Source: Pirellulales bacterium
GTDB taxonomy: Bacteria > Planctomycetota > Planctomycetia > Pirellulales > PALSA-1355
Length of the DNA stretch: 64,000 nt
Assembly (NCBI GenBank): GCA_963733035.1
Contig: CAVTBU010000007.1
Coordinates: forward strand, 416,001 to 480,000
Reading direction: 5' to 3'
Shown here: piece after piece, positions 34,431-47,682 of the stretch
Layout: every line of letters starts with the position of its first letter
Numbering within the stretch: position 1 is the first letter of the stretch
Translations under genes and position numbers: made by a program
Notes under the pieces: generated by a model
Told to the model about the DNA's origin: nothing
The model's input: only the letters and a program-made list of their open reading frames with translations
Database searches by the model: none

Positions 34431-34829
34431 CTAGCGAATCCGCTCGGCCAGCCGCACTTGCGCTCGCGCCTGCCGTTCCAGGCGGTCGCGAATCGTTCGG
34501 AGCTCGTCGGTGTCGGCCTTGCGAGCTTTGGCTGACGATAACAGCTCGCGTGCCACCTCGGCATCGAGCGTGGTGGCCGGAACGGCACGGCTCGTCAGCA
34601 CCGAAACGACGTCGTCGGCCACCTGCACGAAGCCGCCGTCAACATAGTAGCGCGTGATTTCCTTGGCTTTGGTGAAACGCAGTTCGCCGTAGCCCAGGCG
34701 GCCGATCAAGGGACTGCGGCCCGGCAGGACACCCAGCTCGCCGTCGTAAAGGGGCAAAGCGACAAAGTCGACCGTGGCTTCCAACGCGGTCGCTTCCGGA
34801 GTGACGACAATCAGTTGCAATTCGGCCAT
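34431..34829 (-). CDS. atpC: ATP synthase epsilon subunit
   Basis: IVVTPE, GELGVLPG, VDGGFVQV. Confidence 0.93.
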   Translation of the reverse strand: MAELQLIVVTPEATALEATVDFVALPLYDGELGVLPGRSPLIGRLGYGELRFTKAKEITRYYVDGGFVQVADDVVSVLTSRAVPATTLDAEVARELLSSAKARKADTDELRTIRDRLERQARAQVRLAERIR

Positions 34830-34900
34830 GTTGGGCTTCCTACGCTGCCAGGCCGGATACGATTCAGACCCTGTCGGACAGCGCGCGAGTTTTCCGTGGT

Positions 34901-37304
<2,404 letters not shown>

Positions 37305-37340
37305 GGTCTTGGTTGCTGACGCGCTTCTGGTGAAACGCGG

Positions 37341-37730
37341 TCAGCGAATAAATCGAATCGTGAGTGGGTAGCGGTAACTAATTCCGGAGCTGACCTTCAC
37401 CGACGCCGTGATCACAAGAACGACATCCGCCAGCACCAAGGCCGGCACTAGCACGAATCCAATCAGGAAAAAACAGGACATCAGCGCTAGCGTCTTGTAG
37501 ATCAGCATCGAAAGTTGAAAGTTCAGCGCCTCCTTACCTTGTTCGTCAATAAACGGGTGTTCGTCTCGTTTCAGCAGCCAGACCACCAGCGGTCCAACAA
37601 AGAAAAACATCGTTACCAGGCCAATCAGTGCCGTTAGGTGACACAGCATGGCCCAGTTTGTGACCTCGGGGGTCAAGGGCGGATATTCCTCGTCATAGGT
37701 CTCCGTGGCGCTATAGGGATTGTTGCTCAT
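37341..37730 (-). CDS. DUF4870-like membrane protein
   Basis: WAMLCHL, GPLVVWLLKRDEHPFIDEQGKEALNFQLS, YRYPLTIRFI. Confidence 0.85.
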   Translation of the reverse strand: MSNNPYSATETYDEEYPPLTPEVTNWAMLCHLTALIGLVTMFFFVGPLVVWLLKRDEHPFIDEQGKEALNFQLSMLIYKTLALMSCFFLIGFVLVPALVLADVVLVITASVKVSSGISYRYPLTIRFIR

Positions 37731-37775
37731 GCGTCGTGCCCTCATCTTGAGAAGGCCGCCGAGAGCCGCAAGCCA

Positions 37776-39311
37776 CTACACACGCGCGGTGGCAGGTGCT
37801 CCCTTCTGGCTGAATTGTTTCTGAAACTCGCCGACGGCCTCGCTGACGGCCGCCATGGTGGCTTCGTCAAGGTCCTGCGTTTCTTGGATCTTCTGACGGA
37901 TTTCCGACTTCTGGTCTCGCATGAACGTTAGGAACTGCTTCTCCCACCGCGAGACGGCGTTGATCGGCACCTTGTCGAGGAATCCACGGGTACCGGCAAA
38001 GATAATCAGCACCTGGTCGATCACGTCCAACGGCTCGTATTGACCCTGCTTGAGGATTTCGACCATCCGGTAACCGCGATCAAGCCGCGACTGCGTGGCC
38101 GGGTCCAGATCGGTACCCAGCTGGGCGAACGCTTCCAGTTCGCGGAACGCCGCCAGGTCGAGTCGCAAACCGCCGGCCACCTTCCGCATCGCCTTGATCT
38201 GGGCCGAACCACCCACGCGCGAGACCGACACGCCCACGTTCATGGCCGGGCGAATACCGGCAAAGAACAGGTCCGGCTGCAGATAGATCTGGCCGTCGGT
38301 AATCGAAATCACGTTGGTGGGAATGTAGGCCGACACCTCGCCTTCCAGCGTTTCGATGATCGGCAGCGAAGTGAGCGAACCGCCGCCCAACGCATCGCTC
38401 AATTTGGCCGAACGCTCGAGCAGGCGGCTGTGAGCATAAAACACGTCGCCCGGATAGGCCTCGCGACCTGGCGGACGACGCATCAGCAGCGACAGCTGGC
38501 GGTAGGCCGACGCCTGCTTCGACAAGTCATCGTACACAATCAGCGTGTGCTCGCCCTTGTACATGAAGTACTCGGCCATGGCCGTACCGGCGTACGGAGC
38601 GACGTACTGCAGCGGAGCCGGATCGCTGGCACTGGCCACGATCACCGTGGTGTAGTCCATCGCACCCTTGGAGCGAAGGACTTCAATCACGCCGGCCACG
38701 GTCGATTCTTTCTGACCGACGGCCACGTAGAAGCACTTCACGCCCGAGTTCTTCTGATTGATGATCGCGTCGATCCCGATCGCCGTCTTGCCGGTCTTGC
38801 GGTCGCCAATGATCAACTCGCGCTGGCCCCGTCCGATCGGGGTCATCGAGTCGATGGCCTTGATGCCGGTCTGCAGCGGCTGCTTCACCGGCTGGCGCTC
38901 GGCCACGCCGGGAGCCATGGTTTCCACGTCGCGGCGCTCGCTGGTGACAATCGGCCCCTTCCCGTCGAGCGGGTTGCCCAGCGGATCGACCACGCGGCCG
39001 ATCACGGCATCGCCCACCGGCACGCTCAGCAGCTTGCCGGTGCTTTTGACTTCGTCCCCTTCGGTAATCTTCAGGTAGTCACCGAGAATGATGACGCCCA
39101 CCGAATTCTCTTCGAGGTTAAACGCCAGACCAATGGTGCCACCGGGGAACTCGACCATTTCACCGGCCATCACGCCCGACAGTCCGTAGACCCGCGCAAT
39201 GCCGTCGCCCACCTCGAGCACGCGACCAACTTCGCGCACGTCGATCTGGGACTGGTAGTTTTCAATTTCCGCCTGAATGACGGAAGCGATCTCGTCGGCT
39301 CTGAATTTCAT
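37776..39311 (-). CDS. atpA: ATP synthase alpha subunit
   Basis: [39 protein letters not shown]. Confidence 0.98.
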   Translation of the reverse strand: MKFRADEIASVIQAEIENYQSQIDVREVGRVLEVGDGIARVYGLSGVMAGEMVEFPGGTIGLAFNLEENSVGVIILGDYLKITEGDEVKSTGKLLSVPVGDAVIGRVVDPLGNPLDGKGPIVTSERRDVETMAPGVAERQPVKQPLQTGIKAIDSMTPIGRGQRELIIGDRKTGKTAIGIDAIINQKNSGVKCFYVAVGQKESTVAGVIEVLRSKGAMDYTTVIVASASDPAPLQYVAPYAGTAMAEYFMYKGEHTLIVYDDLSKQASAYRQLSLLMRRPPGREAYPGDVFYAHSRLLERSAKLSDALGGGSLTSLPIIETLEGEVSAYIPTNVISITDGQIYLQPDLFFAGIRPAMNVGVSVSRVGGSAQIKAMRKVAGGLRLDLAAFRELEAFAQLGTDLDPATQSRLDRGYRMVEILKQGQYEPLDVIDQVLIIFAGTRGFLDKVPINAVSRWEKQFLTFMRDQKSEIRQKIQETQDLDEATMAAVSEAVGEFQKQFSQKGAPATARV

Positions 39312-39897
39312 GGACGCTCCTGTTGATCATCTGCTCGCGGACCTGATGAAGTTGCCGGGCCACGGAGCCATCGTAAACGGTGTCGCCGACGCGCAGCACC
39401 ACCCCGCCAATCAGCGCTGGATCGACGGCCGGACGCACCAGCGGCTGCCCACCCAAGATGCGGTGGAGCGAGGCCTCCAGTGCGCTCGCCTCGGCGTCGT
39501 CGAGCGGAGTGGCGGTGAACACGTCGACACGCACGCGGCCGCGCAACGCGTCGTAGAGTTTCTGCACCTCTGCGTACACGGCGCGGGTGATTTCCAGCCG
39601 GCCGTGATGGGAAAGAACCTTGAGAAAGTCGAGTACCAACGGCGACAGCTTGCCGCCGAAAACGCGATCCAGGATTTGCACCTTCTCCTCGTGCGGCACC
39701 AAGGCCGAGGCCAGTACCGCCTCGAATTTGGGATTGGCGGCCAGCGCCGCGGCCACGGACTCGAGCTCCGCAACCGCGCCGTCGGTGGCACCCTTGGCTT
39801 CGGCGGCGCCCAGGAACGACTGGGCGTAGATCGCCGCGACCCGTTGGGCGCCGACGTTGACGGCTTTCGAATTGTCGCTTGCGGCCTTGTCGATCAT
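39262..39897 (-). CDS. atpH: ATP synthase delta subunit
   Basis: [27 protein letters not shown]; overlaps the atpA start by 50 nt. Confidence 0.92.
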   Translation of the reverse strand: MIDKAASDNSKAVNVGAQRVAAIYAQSFLGAAEAKGATDGAVAELESVAAALAANPKFEAVLASALVPHEEKVQILDRVFGGKLSPLVLDFLKVLSHHGRLEITRAVYAEVQKLYDALRGRVRVDVFTATPLDDAEASALEASLHRILGGQPLVRPAVDPALIGGVVLRVGDTVYDGSVARQLHQVREQMINRSVHEIQSRRDRFRHSGGN

Positions 39898-39918
39898 GGC
39901 CTGACCTGCCGTGCGGGG

Positions 39919-40614
39919 TTAGTTGTTGCTAGAGGCGTTGGCCGGAAACTTGGCCATTGCTTCCTGGATCAGCCGAGCGTGGTCGTCCTTCGACAGTTGC
40001 GCCGCCACGATCTTGCCGGCCAATTCCACCGCCAACTGGCTGCTGCGCTCGGCCAGCGTTTCCAGGGCGGCATCCGCGGCCGACTCGATATCGCGCAAGG
40101 CTCGGGCCTTTTCCGCCTCGGCCCCCTGCCTCGCCTCGGCCAAGATCGACTGCTTGGTGTGCTCGGCGTCGCGACGGGCTTCGTCGAGCAACTCACGCAC
40201 CTCGTTGGCCGCGTCGGCTAGCTTCCGTTCGTAGTCGGCCAGCAGCAGCCGGGCCTGTTCGTGATTTCGCTCGGCCTGCGAAATGTGCTCGGCAATGCCG
40301 TGCTCGCGCCGTTCGAGCGCCTGCATGATCGGCCCCCAGGCAAACTTACGGAGCACCACCAGCAGCACCAGGAACACAACGAACGTGAAGATCGCCAGGT
40401 CGGGATCGATCGACAGCGGATCGGTCGAGGCATTGCCATGACTCGGATCCGAATGCAGGGCATGCTCGACCTCCTCGCCGGCACGTTCCAAGCCATGTTC
40501 GACCTTCTCGACAATACCCTCGTCTGCCGCAACCTCGGCCGCCGCGGGGCCCAACAGGACCCACGTCGTGCCGCATCCGAGCGCCAAACAAACCATCAGG
40601 CGAGCCAGGCTCAT
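39919..40614 (-). CDS. atpF: ATP synthase b subunit with N-terminal extension
   Basis: FLVLLVVLRKFAWGPIMQALERRE followed by a coiled coil. Confidence 0.93.
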   Translation of the reverse strand: MSLARLMVCLALGCGTTWVLLGPAAAEVAADEGIVEKVEHGLERAGEEVEHALHSDPSHGNASTDPLSIDPDLAIFTFVVFLVLLVVLRKFAWGPIMQALERREHGIAEHISQAERNHEQARLLLADYERKLADAANEVRELLDEARRDAEHTKQSILAEARQGAEAEKARALRDIESAADAALETLAERSSQLAVELAGKIVAAQLSKDDHARLIQEAMAKFPANASSNN

Positions 40615-40653
40615 AGCGTCCTCGCAACGTCTCAAAAGTTAAAGACTCGAAAC

Positions 40654-40989
<336 letters not shown>

Positions 40990-41054
40990 CTAAAGTCACT
41001 GTAAGAAGAAGGTCGTTAGTCGAAGGTAAACGCTCGCGACGCTGCCCGGGGGCA

Positions 41055-42033
41055 CTAGTGCGGGTGGACCGCCATGCCAATGAACAGCGCCGATAAAAAG
41101 GTGAAAATGTACGCCTGCAAGAATGCCACGAACAGCTCCAGCAGGCTCAGCGCCACGGCGCCCAAGATGCTGGCCGGCATAACCGCATACCAGGCCAAGC
41201 TAGCCGCACTGGCCGCGATGAACGCCAGGATCACGGCCAGCACCAGGTGCCCGGCCATCATGTTCGCCAAAAGACGCATGGCCAGGATGAAATGCTTGAT
41301 GCCCAGGCCCATCACTTCAATCACGAAGATCATCGGCTTGAGCAAGATCGCCAAGGCCGGCGGCAAATCCATGTGCGGCACCTGGCCGACCCAAAATCCG
41401 ACCGGCCCCAGTTTCGCCATGCCTGAGAAAATGACGGTCGCAAACGTCAAAAACGCCAGCGCGCCGGTCGTGGCCAGGGCCCCCGTCGCCGAGCCGGCCC
41501 AGGGAAGCATGCCGAACAGGTTGCAGGAGAGCACGAAGAAAAACAGCGTCAACAGAAACGGCATGAACCGATCCGCGTCGTGACCGCCGATGGCCGGGCG
41601 CGCCACGTCGTCGCGAATGAACACCACCATCGCCTCCAGGGCATTGGTCAGCGCCTTTCGGACGGTCCGCTCGCCGCAGTCGCAGCGCCAACCAACTGAA
41701 CACCAGAATCATTAACACCGCGGCCACCAGCTCCAGGACCATGAATTTGGTCACCTTGAACTCAAGCGGCTCGATGCGGTCGTCGATGGGCTCGAAGCCG
41801 ATGTGGATCGTGTACGGCTTGCCTTCGTAGAACTGCGGAATCTGGATCTTGCCACCCAGAAAACGAGGCAGCTCGAAATAGTCCGCGTCCTTGACGTGGC
41901 CGATCAGGTGACTCGCCTCGAGCGGGTCGTGGGCATGGTGCTGGCCGTGTGCGGCCGGGCCGGCGTGCGCTGCGGCATCATGTCCTGCGGCATCTTCGTG
42001 CCCGGCGTGTTCGTCGTGCTGCGGATCGGCCAT
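41055..42033 (-). CDS. atpB: ATP synthase a subunit (frameshift ~41652)
   Basis: His-rich N-terminus and TKFMVLE in one frame; NLFGMLP, LAMRLLANMMAGH, LQAYIFTFL in another. Confidence 0.93.
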
Positions 42034-42036
42034 GCT

Positions 42037-42468
42037 CTAGAGCGCCTTGTTCGATTGCAACGTGGTCTGCACGTGAGCCAGCAGCAGCATCGTTTCCACG
42101 ACCAGGCTGACCAGGTAGCTCACCAACAGGTAATAAATGAAGCCGGCGTCGGCCAGGGCCGCGACACGCGTTTGCAACAAGGCGCCCACGACCAGCGGCA
42201 TCATGGCCCGAGCCAGCATTCCCACCACCAGTCGATGCATCGCGGCCGATGGGCCTTGCAGCACGGCGGCCACCAGCAGGGCCAACAGAGCGCCGACCCA
42301 GCAGATGCCCGCCGCGACCGCGGCCGCAACCAGGGCCGGCGTTCCGAAGATCGAGGACCCGATCGGCGCAACGATCAGCCAAGTTGCGCCCAGCGCGACC
42401 GAAACCAAAACCGCCTGGGCTGCGAGCCCCAGGCTGCCTAGCCTACTGATCACGTTTCGCTCGGTCAT
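42037..42468 (-). CDS. AtpI-like membrane protein
   Basis: Four hydrophobic segments; located directly before atpB. Confidence 0.65.
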   Translation of the reverse strand: MTERNVISRLGSLGLAAQAVLVSVALGATWLIVAPIGSSIFGTPALVAAAVAAGICWVGALLALLVAAVLQGPSAAMHRLVVGMLARAMMPLVVGALLQTRVAALADAGFIYYLLVSYLVSLVVETMLLLAHVQTTLQSNKAL

Positions 42469-42727
42469 CACCACTGGTCTCGCCCGAAGTATCTCTGCCT
42501 TTGGCGATTCGCATCAGTTGCAGCGCCGCCAAGGTTCCCCCCAAAGCGAACCCCGCAAGCAAGAACAAAACCCGCGTCCCCAGCCATTTGTCCACCCAGT
42601 AGCCCATCAGGCCAGGCACAACCATCTCGGCCGAAATGGTCATGATGGTCGCCGACCACTCCAAGGCGATTGCCAGCGGTGACCGGTTGTCAGCGGGATT
42701 TGCCACAGATTGCGGTGACTCTGCCAA
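42443..42727 (-). CDS. AtpZ/AtpI family (ATPase gene 1) protein
   Basis: MVVPGLMGYWVDKWLGT..LFLLAGFALG. Confidence 0.75.
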   Translation of the reverse strand: MAESPQSVANPADNRSPLAIALEWSATIMTISAEMVVPGLMGYWVDKWLGTRVLFLLAGFALGGTLAALQLMRIAKGRDTSGETSGDDRAKRDQ

Positions 42728-43080
42728 AAAACGGCTCTGCCGGCGGGCTTTTTTGCCCGTTGCGTTCCGCCCGGAAGATACCCCCAGAAGTCGCTTTCAA
42801 ATCCGTAAGGCTGGCATCCTAATAGGCTCTAAAGTGAGTGTCAATCGGCCCCTGGGTCAAAATTGTGTTTTTTTTCACAAAGTCATTATTCGGAGCGTCG
42901 CCCCCCCTGTCAAACCCCATTTCGTCTGGCAAAAGTGGGCAACGGCAGGTCTGTTTTGCCCCGCCGGGCGGTCAAAATGACGCCGCGAAGTGCCCTCCCG
43001 GGGCTCTGGAGCGTGTGTCTGTTCGGGTCGCGCAGAATGCGTAAAGCTAGCGGACATAAGGGTTCCGGTGCGGTTTCCCG

Positions 43081-43460
43081 CCTGCAGGGGGGGCGTTGCG
43101 TTTTCGCGCGCATTTGAGTACACTCAAGATGTGCGAGGTTGATGTGCTTCCCCGGGGATAGCAGCCTGGAGCGAGTACCCCACCTTGGCGAAGTGGGCTG
43201 ATTGCAAATCGAACGCACGGCACCCCCCAAGCCGTGCCTCCATTGCAGGGACCCTCGGTACACTTCGCCTCTACCGCAAGCGGATCCTCAAAGCATTGAC
43301 GCATTTGTTGTAGCTTGAAGAGCCGCAGCAACTTGGGTCACCTCATGCGGCTAAGGACTGCCCGCCGAGGGTGCGAGCGTGTTTCCAGTCAAGGACGACG
43401 CTCAAACCATAGACTTCCTGCCCGGGCGTAAGCTGAAGACCAGCAGCGCTGACAGGGGCG
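43081..43460 (+). ncRNA. Candidate highly structured leader or ncRNA upstream of the DUF4912 gene
   Basis: At least seven helices visible by eye (see findings); no Rfam family recognised. Confidence 0.4.
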
Positions 43461-43481
43461 AACGCGGAGGTAAGTCCATTG

Positions 43482-44611
43482 ATGACCCCAGCAGCCCTCA
43501 AATCCTACTCTCACAAAGACTTGGCGCAAATGGCCAAGCGCGACGGCGTTCGCGGCTGGCACAGCATGCGAAAGGACCAACTCGTCAAAGCCCTGTTGTC
43601 CTCCGCCAAGGCCAAGTCCGCTACTTCCAGTTCCGCAGCCGCCTCGAAGAAGTCGGCCTCATCCAGTCAGCGATCCTCCGCCAAGTCGAACGGCCGCGCC
43701 CGGCGCCCAAGGCCAGCGCCCGAGTCCAGCGACACATCAGCAAGATTCGCAAGAAACTCGAGCGCTTTAAAAACGTGGCATCAGAAAATGGCAAAGCGAA
43801 ATCAAACGGTGCCATCAAGGAGCGGATCGTCGTGATGGTGCGCGATCCGTTCTGGTTGCATGCCTATTGGGAGATTAAGCGTCATAGCGTCGAGCGCGTG
43901 CAAGCCGCGATGGGCGCCGAGTGGCACACGGCCAAGCCGATCCTGCGGTTGCTCGAAGTGCACGACGGCGGCAGCGCCAGCGTTAGCGAGCGCGTGGTAC
44001 GCGATATTGAAATCCACGGCGGCGTCAGCAACTGGTATGTGCACGTCGACAACTCGCCCTCCAGCTACCGCTTGGAACTCGGCTACACGGGTTCGGGCGA
44101 TCGCTTTTTTCCGCTGGTCCGTTCCAACGTCGTGACAACTCCCGAGCCGGGTTCAAGTGACGCGATCGATGAAAACTGGTCGGACGTGGCGGAAAACTTT
44201 GACAAAATTTACGCCATGAGTGGCGGCTATTCGCCCGACAACAACAGCCTGGAGCTGCAAGAACTTTTCGAAGAGCGGCTGCGACGTCCGATGGGATCGC
44301 CCATGGTGACCCGCTATGGCGCGGCGACGCCGGCCTTGCTGAACCATTCGCAATCGCTCAGGTTCGAGGTCGACGCCGAGATGATTGTCTATGGCGTGAC
44401 AAATCCCGATACGCACGTCAGCTTGCGCGGCGAGCCGGTCAAAATTCGCCCCGACGGCACCTTTACCGTCCGCATGAGCCTGCCGAATCAGCGGCAGGTC
44501 ATTCCGGTGGTAGCCAGTGCCGCCAACGGGGCCGAACAGCGCACGATCGTGTTGGCCGTCGAGCGCAACACGAAGGTCATGGAACCTTTGACGCGCGAAG
44601 CGAACGAATAA
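43482..44611 (+). CDS. Rho-N-like domain plus DUF4912 protein (frameshift ~43700)
   Basis: GGAGG RBS; KDLAQMAKRDGVRGWHSMRKDQLVKAL; VMVRDPFWLHAYWEI, NWYV, YRLELGY, RSNVVTTP, VDAEMIVYG, DGTF. Confidence 0.85.
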
Positions 44612-44779
44612 CCGCCTCGCACGGCCATCGAGCTTCCGCCGGCACGGTTCACGTCGTCGTCGTATATTTGGTTTGCGCGCCGCGGCGGGCCTCTCTCGCC
44701 CGACGGCGACTCCTTGTATAGACTGGCGTCACGGGAACTGGAAAATCGCCTTCGCTCGAATCCGTTTTGGAAGGTTTGC

Positions 44780-45583
44780 GTGTCCAAGGATATTTCCAAG
44801 ACGTTGGATGGTTGGCAGTACGATCCCGATCGGATCTCGGTACGCATTGTCCAGGGCGACGATGGTCGCGATAAGATCCAGCTGCGTCTCGACTTGGGAC
44901 TCTTGCAAATGGATTTCGATGGCCGCCCAGACGGTCAGCGCGTGGCTGGCTGCGCCTCGTGGCTTGATTTCTATGAGCGGCAACGCCAAAAGCACGAAGC
45001 CGATGATCCCGAGGGCGAGCCGTTCGTGCTCGATTCGGAAGACTGCCAGCGACTGCTCCGCGAAGGGATTCAGTATTACCATCGCTACGTCAGCTTCTGG
45101 CATCTTGAGCGGTACGAGCTCTGTGCCCGGGACACGAACCGCAATTTGCGGTTGTTTTCCTTCGTGCGCCAGTACGCACGAAATGAGAAGGACAAGTTGC
45201 AGTTCGATCAGTGGCGGCCCTATGTAACGATGATGCATGCCCGGGCCGTGGCCACACCATTGGTTGGACTACGCGACTACACGGCGGCCGTCGGGGCTAT
45301 TGACGCGGCTATCGACGGGATCCGCGACTTTCTGGCGCAGTACGATCAATCGCAAAACGCGGACAACTGCAACGAGCTGTCGTTTTTGCTGAAATGGCGC
45401 GAGGAAATCGTTTCCAAGACGAGTGGCGAGCTCCGAGAAGAACCCTACAACCCCCTGGCGCACTTGCAGTCCGAGCTGGAGCTGGCCGTCAGCGAGGAGC
45501 GTTTTGAAGACGCCGCCCGTCTGCGCGACACCATTCGCCAGCACGCCAAGGGCTCGATTGAGGGGGGGCCACAGGGCATTTGA
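44780..45583 (+). CDS. Protein with C-terminal UVR (UvrB/UvrC) motif
   Basis: KIQLRLDLGLLQM..DGRPDG, REGIQYYHRY, RDTNRNL, ELELAVSEERFEDAARLRD. Confidence 0.85.
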   Translation: MSKDISKTLDGWQYDPDRISVRIVQGDDGRDKIQLRLDLGLLQMDFDGRPDGQRVAGCASWLDFYERQRQKHEADDPEGEPFVLDSEDCQRLLREGIQYYHRYVSFWHLERYELCARDTNRNLRLFSFVRQYARNEKDKLQFDQWRPYVTMMHARAVATPLVGLRDYTAAVGAIDAAIDGIRDFLAQYDQSQNADNCNELSFLLKWREEIVSKTSGELREEPYNPLAHLQSELELAVSEERFEDAARLRDTIRQHAKGSIEGGPQGI

Positions 45584-45826
45584 TCGACGATCACTGCGGC
45601 CCGTAAATGTTTGACAGCCTATCGCGGCTAATTACAATGAAGTCTTGATGTTGCGCTCGACCGCCAGGTGTCTTTTCTGGCAATTTTTCCGATCCGTCCC
45701 AGGGGTTGGTTGCGGTCGATAGCGCGTCGGAACAGAATCGTCTCGGAACAGAAACGTCCAGTCCCCGTTTGCGTCGCGGTTGGCCCCGCCTGCCGCGTCG
45801 CGAATTCTCCGAGGAGCACATTCTCA

Positions 45827-47230
45827 ATGGCCGCTCGCGAAAACCAAGGCCTGCAGATCGCGCTGATCATCTTTGTGATCCTCACGATCATTCTGATCGT
45901 CACCACCTACATGTTCTTTAGCAGCTACTCGCAGGAGCGCGATCGGGCCAAGAGCCTGGCCGAGCAGAAGACCACCGCCGATGGCGCCGCGTCGAAGGCC
46001 ATCGCCGAGACCGAAGAGATGAAGCTGCTCATCGGCGGCGATCCCAATCTGACGGTCGAGGCGATCAAGGAGTCGGGACTCGCCGACATTCAAACCAACG
46101 GCGAAGGTCTCCCCGAATCGAAACAGAACTATCGGGCGCTGGTCGAACACATGGCCGGCAAGTTGCACGAATTCGAAGCAAGCAACGTCAAGCTCACCGC
46201 CCAAGCCAAGGAGCTTAACGACAAGCTGGCCGCCAACGGTGAGGCCGCCAAGGCCGAGGTCGCCCAATACGTCGAGAAATTGAATCAGACCGCCAGCGAC
46301 TTGGAGAGCGAGCGCAACAAATTCGGCACCGACCGCACGGAGCTCACCGGTCAAATGCAGCAACTCGCTACGAAGTTCCAAACGACCGAGGCCGATCGCG
46401 AGAAGCTCGCACAGAAGTCGGCCGGGCAAATCGCGGCCCTCTCTGGCGAACTCAAGCAAAATGAAACGCTACTGCGGCGCTTGCAGGAAAAGGAAGAGAC
46501 CGACAAGAAGGCCAACGAGTATCCCGACGGCAAAGTCACTCGCGTAAACCAGCGCACCCGCCTGGTCTGGATTGACGTGGGGCCGGCCGACGGATTGCGA
46601 AATCAAACGTCGTTTGTGATCGTCTCGCCGGAGGACGGCAATCCGATCAAGTCGACTCCCAAGGCAAAAATCCAAGTCGTGCGACTAACCGCCGATCACC
46701 AGGCCGAGGCCAGGATTGTGGAAGACGACCTGTCGAATCCGATCATGCCGGGCGACAACATCTTTTCCACCGTCTGGGAATCGGGCCGTCAGGAACATTT
46801 TGCCCTGGCGGGCCGCATGGACATCGACGACGACGATCACGACGACCGGCAATTGATTCATGACCTGATCTCGCTCAACGGCGGCGTCGTCGATGCCGAA
46901 GTAAACGACGACGGGGTCAAGACCGGCGAAATGTCCGTCCAAACCAAGTACCTGGTGACCGGCACCCGCCCCGGCGCCGAGTCCAAGGACGTCCAAGGCT
47001 ATAGCGACATGAAGACCGAAGCCCAAAAGCTCGGTATCAAGGAAATGGACGTGCACGAGTTCCTCGAATACATGGGTTACAAGGGACAAGAGCGGACAGT
47101 GGGGTTGGGCCGCTTTGCAAAACCAACCGACTTTAAGCCCCGGATGCCCGAGGACGTGCAGCGCACCATCGGCGGCAACGGTTTGCCGCAAGAACATCGC
47201 CAGACGCGCGGCGCCGAGCCGCGGCAGTAA
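45827..47230 (+). CDS. Membrane-anchored coiled-coil protein with beta-barrel and BRCT-like C-terminal domains
   Basis: GAGGAG RBS; N-terminal TM helix; ~200-aa heptad region; VWIDVGPADGLR; LNGGVV...TKYLVTG...AQKLGIK...FLEYMG. Confidence 0.75.
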   Translation: MAARENQGLQIALIIFVILTIILIVTTYMFFSSYSQERDRAKSLAEQKTTADGAASKAIAETEEMKLLIGGDPNLTVEAIKESGLADIQTNGEGLPESKQNYRALVEHMAGKLHEFEASNVKLTAQAKELNDKLAANGEAAKAEVAQYVEKLNQTASDLESERNKFGTDRTELTGQMQQLATKFQTTEADREKLAQKSAGQIAALSGELKQNETLLRRLQEKEETDKKANEYPDGKVTRVNQRTRLVWIDVGPADGLRNQTSFVIVSPEDGNPIKSTPKAKIQVVRLTADHQAEARIVEDDLSNPIMPGDNIFSTVWESGRQEHFALAGRMDIDDDDHDDRQLIHDLISLNGGVVDAEVNDDGVKTGEMSVQTKYLVTGTRPGAESKDVQGYSDMKTEAQKLGIKEMDVHEFLEYMGYKGQERTVGLGRFAKPTDFKPRMPEDVQRTIGGNGLPQEHRQTRGAEPRQ

Positions 47231-47365
47231 GTCGACCGCGCGCGTTGTCGTGAGCGGCGACGGCGGTTGCCCGGGGCGTCTGAGTCTCGGGCGACTTGAA
47301 TTCGCCGGCTTCGTCGGGGAAACTCAAAGGTAGTCCCGCCCTGCCGGCCCGCCTGGGGTAATCGC

Positions 47366-47632
47366 ATGCCAATTCCGCTCGACGCTTCCGAAGTGCTCAA
47401 TCGCGAGTTCCTCGAGATTCGCGCGCGGCTATTGCACCTGGCGGCCTCGCTCGACCGGTTGGATCGGGCTGAGGGCTCGGTGGCAGGCGACGATCGACTG
47501 GAAAAGATTCGTCAGGGGCTGGCCCTGCTGGCGTCCGACGACGCCGACCGCGCCGAAAAGATCCAGTTACTGTTTTCGCGCCCCTACGATGAGGATTGGA
47601 TGGCGTCGCTGGATGCGCGAGGCAAACGGTAG
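47366..47632 (+). CDS. Small hypothetical helical protein
   Basis: VLNREFLEIRARLLHLAASLDRLDR...DRAEKIQLLFS; co-oriented with the TatD-like gene. Confidence 0.75.
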   Translation: MPIPLDASEVLNREFLEIRARLLHLAASLDRLDRAEGSVAGDDRLEKIRQGLALLASDDADRAEKIQLLFSRPYDEDWMASLDARGKR

Positions 47633-47682
47633 GTAAGACAAACTCTTGTGCGGCCCTGTTCCGGTCGCCGGCAAATTCTCGC

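Noticed and set aside
43114..43128. HspR HAIR operator (TTGAGT...ACTCAAG half-sites)
   Set aside because: The spacer is 2 nt rather than 7 and no chaperone gene is adjacent.
43058..43172. ykkC-type (guanidine-I/ppGpp/PRPP) riboswitch, suggested by AGGGTTCCG and GGGATAGCAGCCTGG
   Set aside because: The central CTGGTCCGAG and ACAC elements are missing and the downstream gene does not fit; kept only as part of the unknown structured leader.
43068..43478. Group II intron (GTGCG at 43068) or RNase P RNA (GAGGTAAGTCC)
   Set aside because: There is no domain V/VI or reverse transcriptase gene; the RNase-P-like word is the RBS, and coding sequence follows it.
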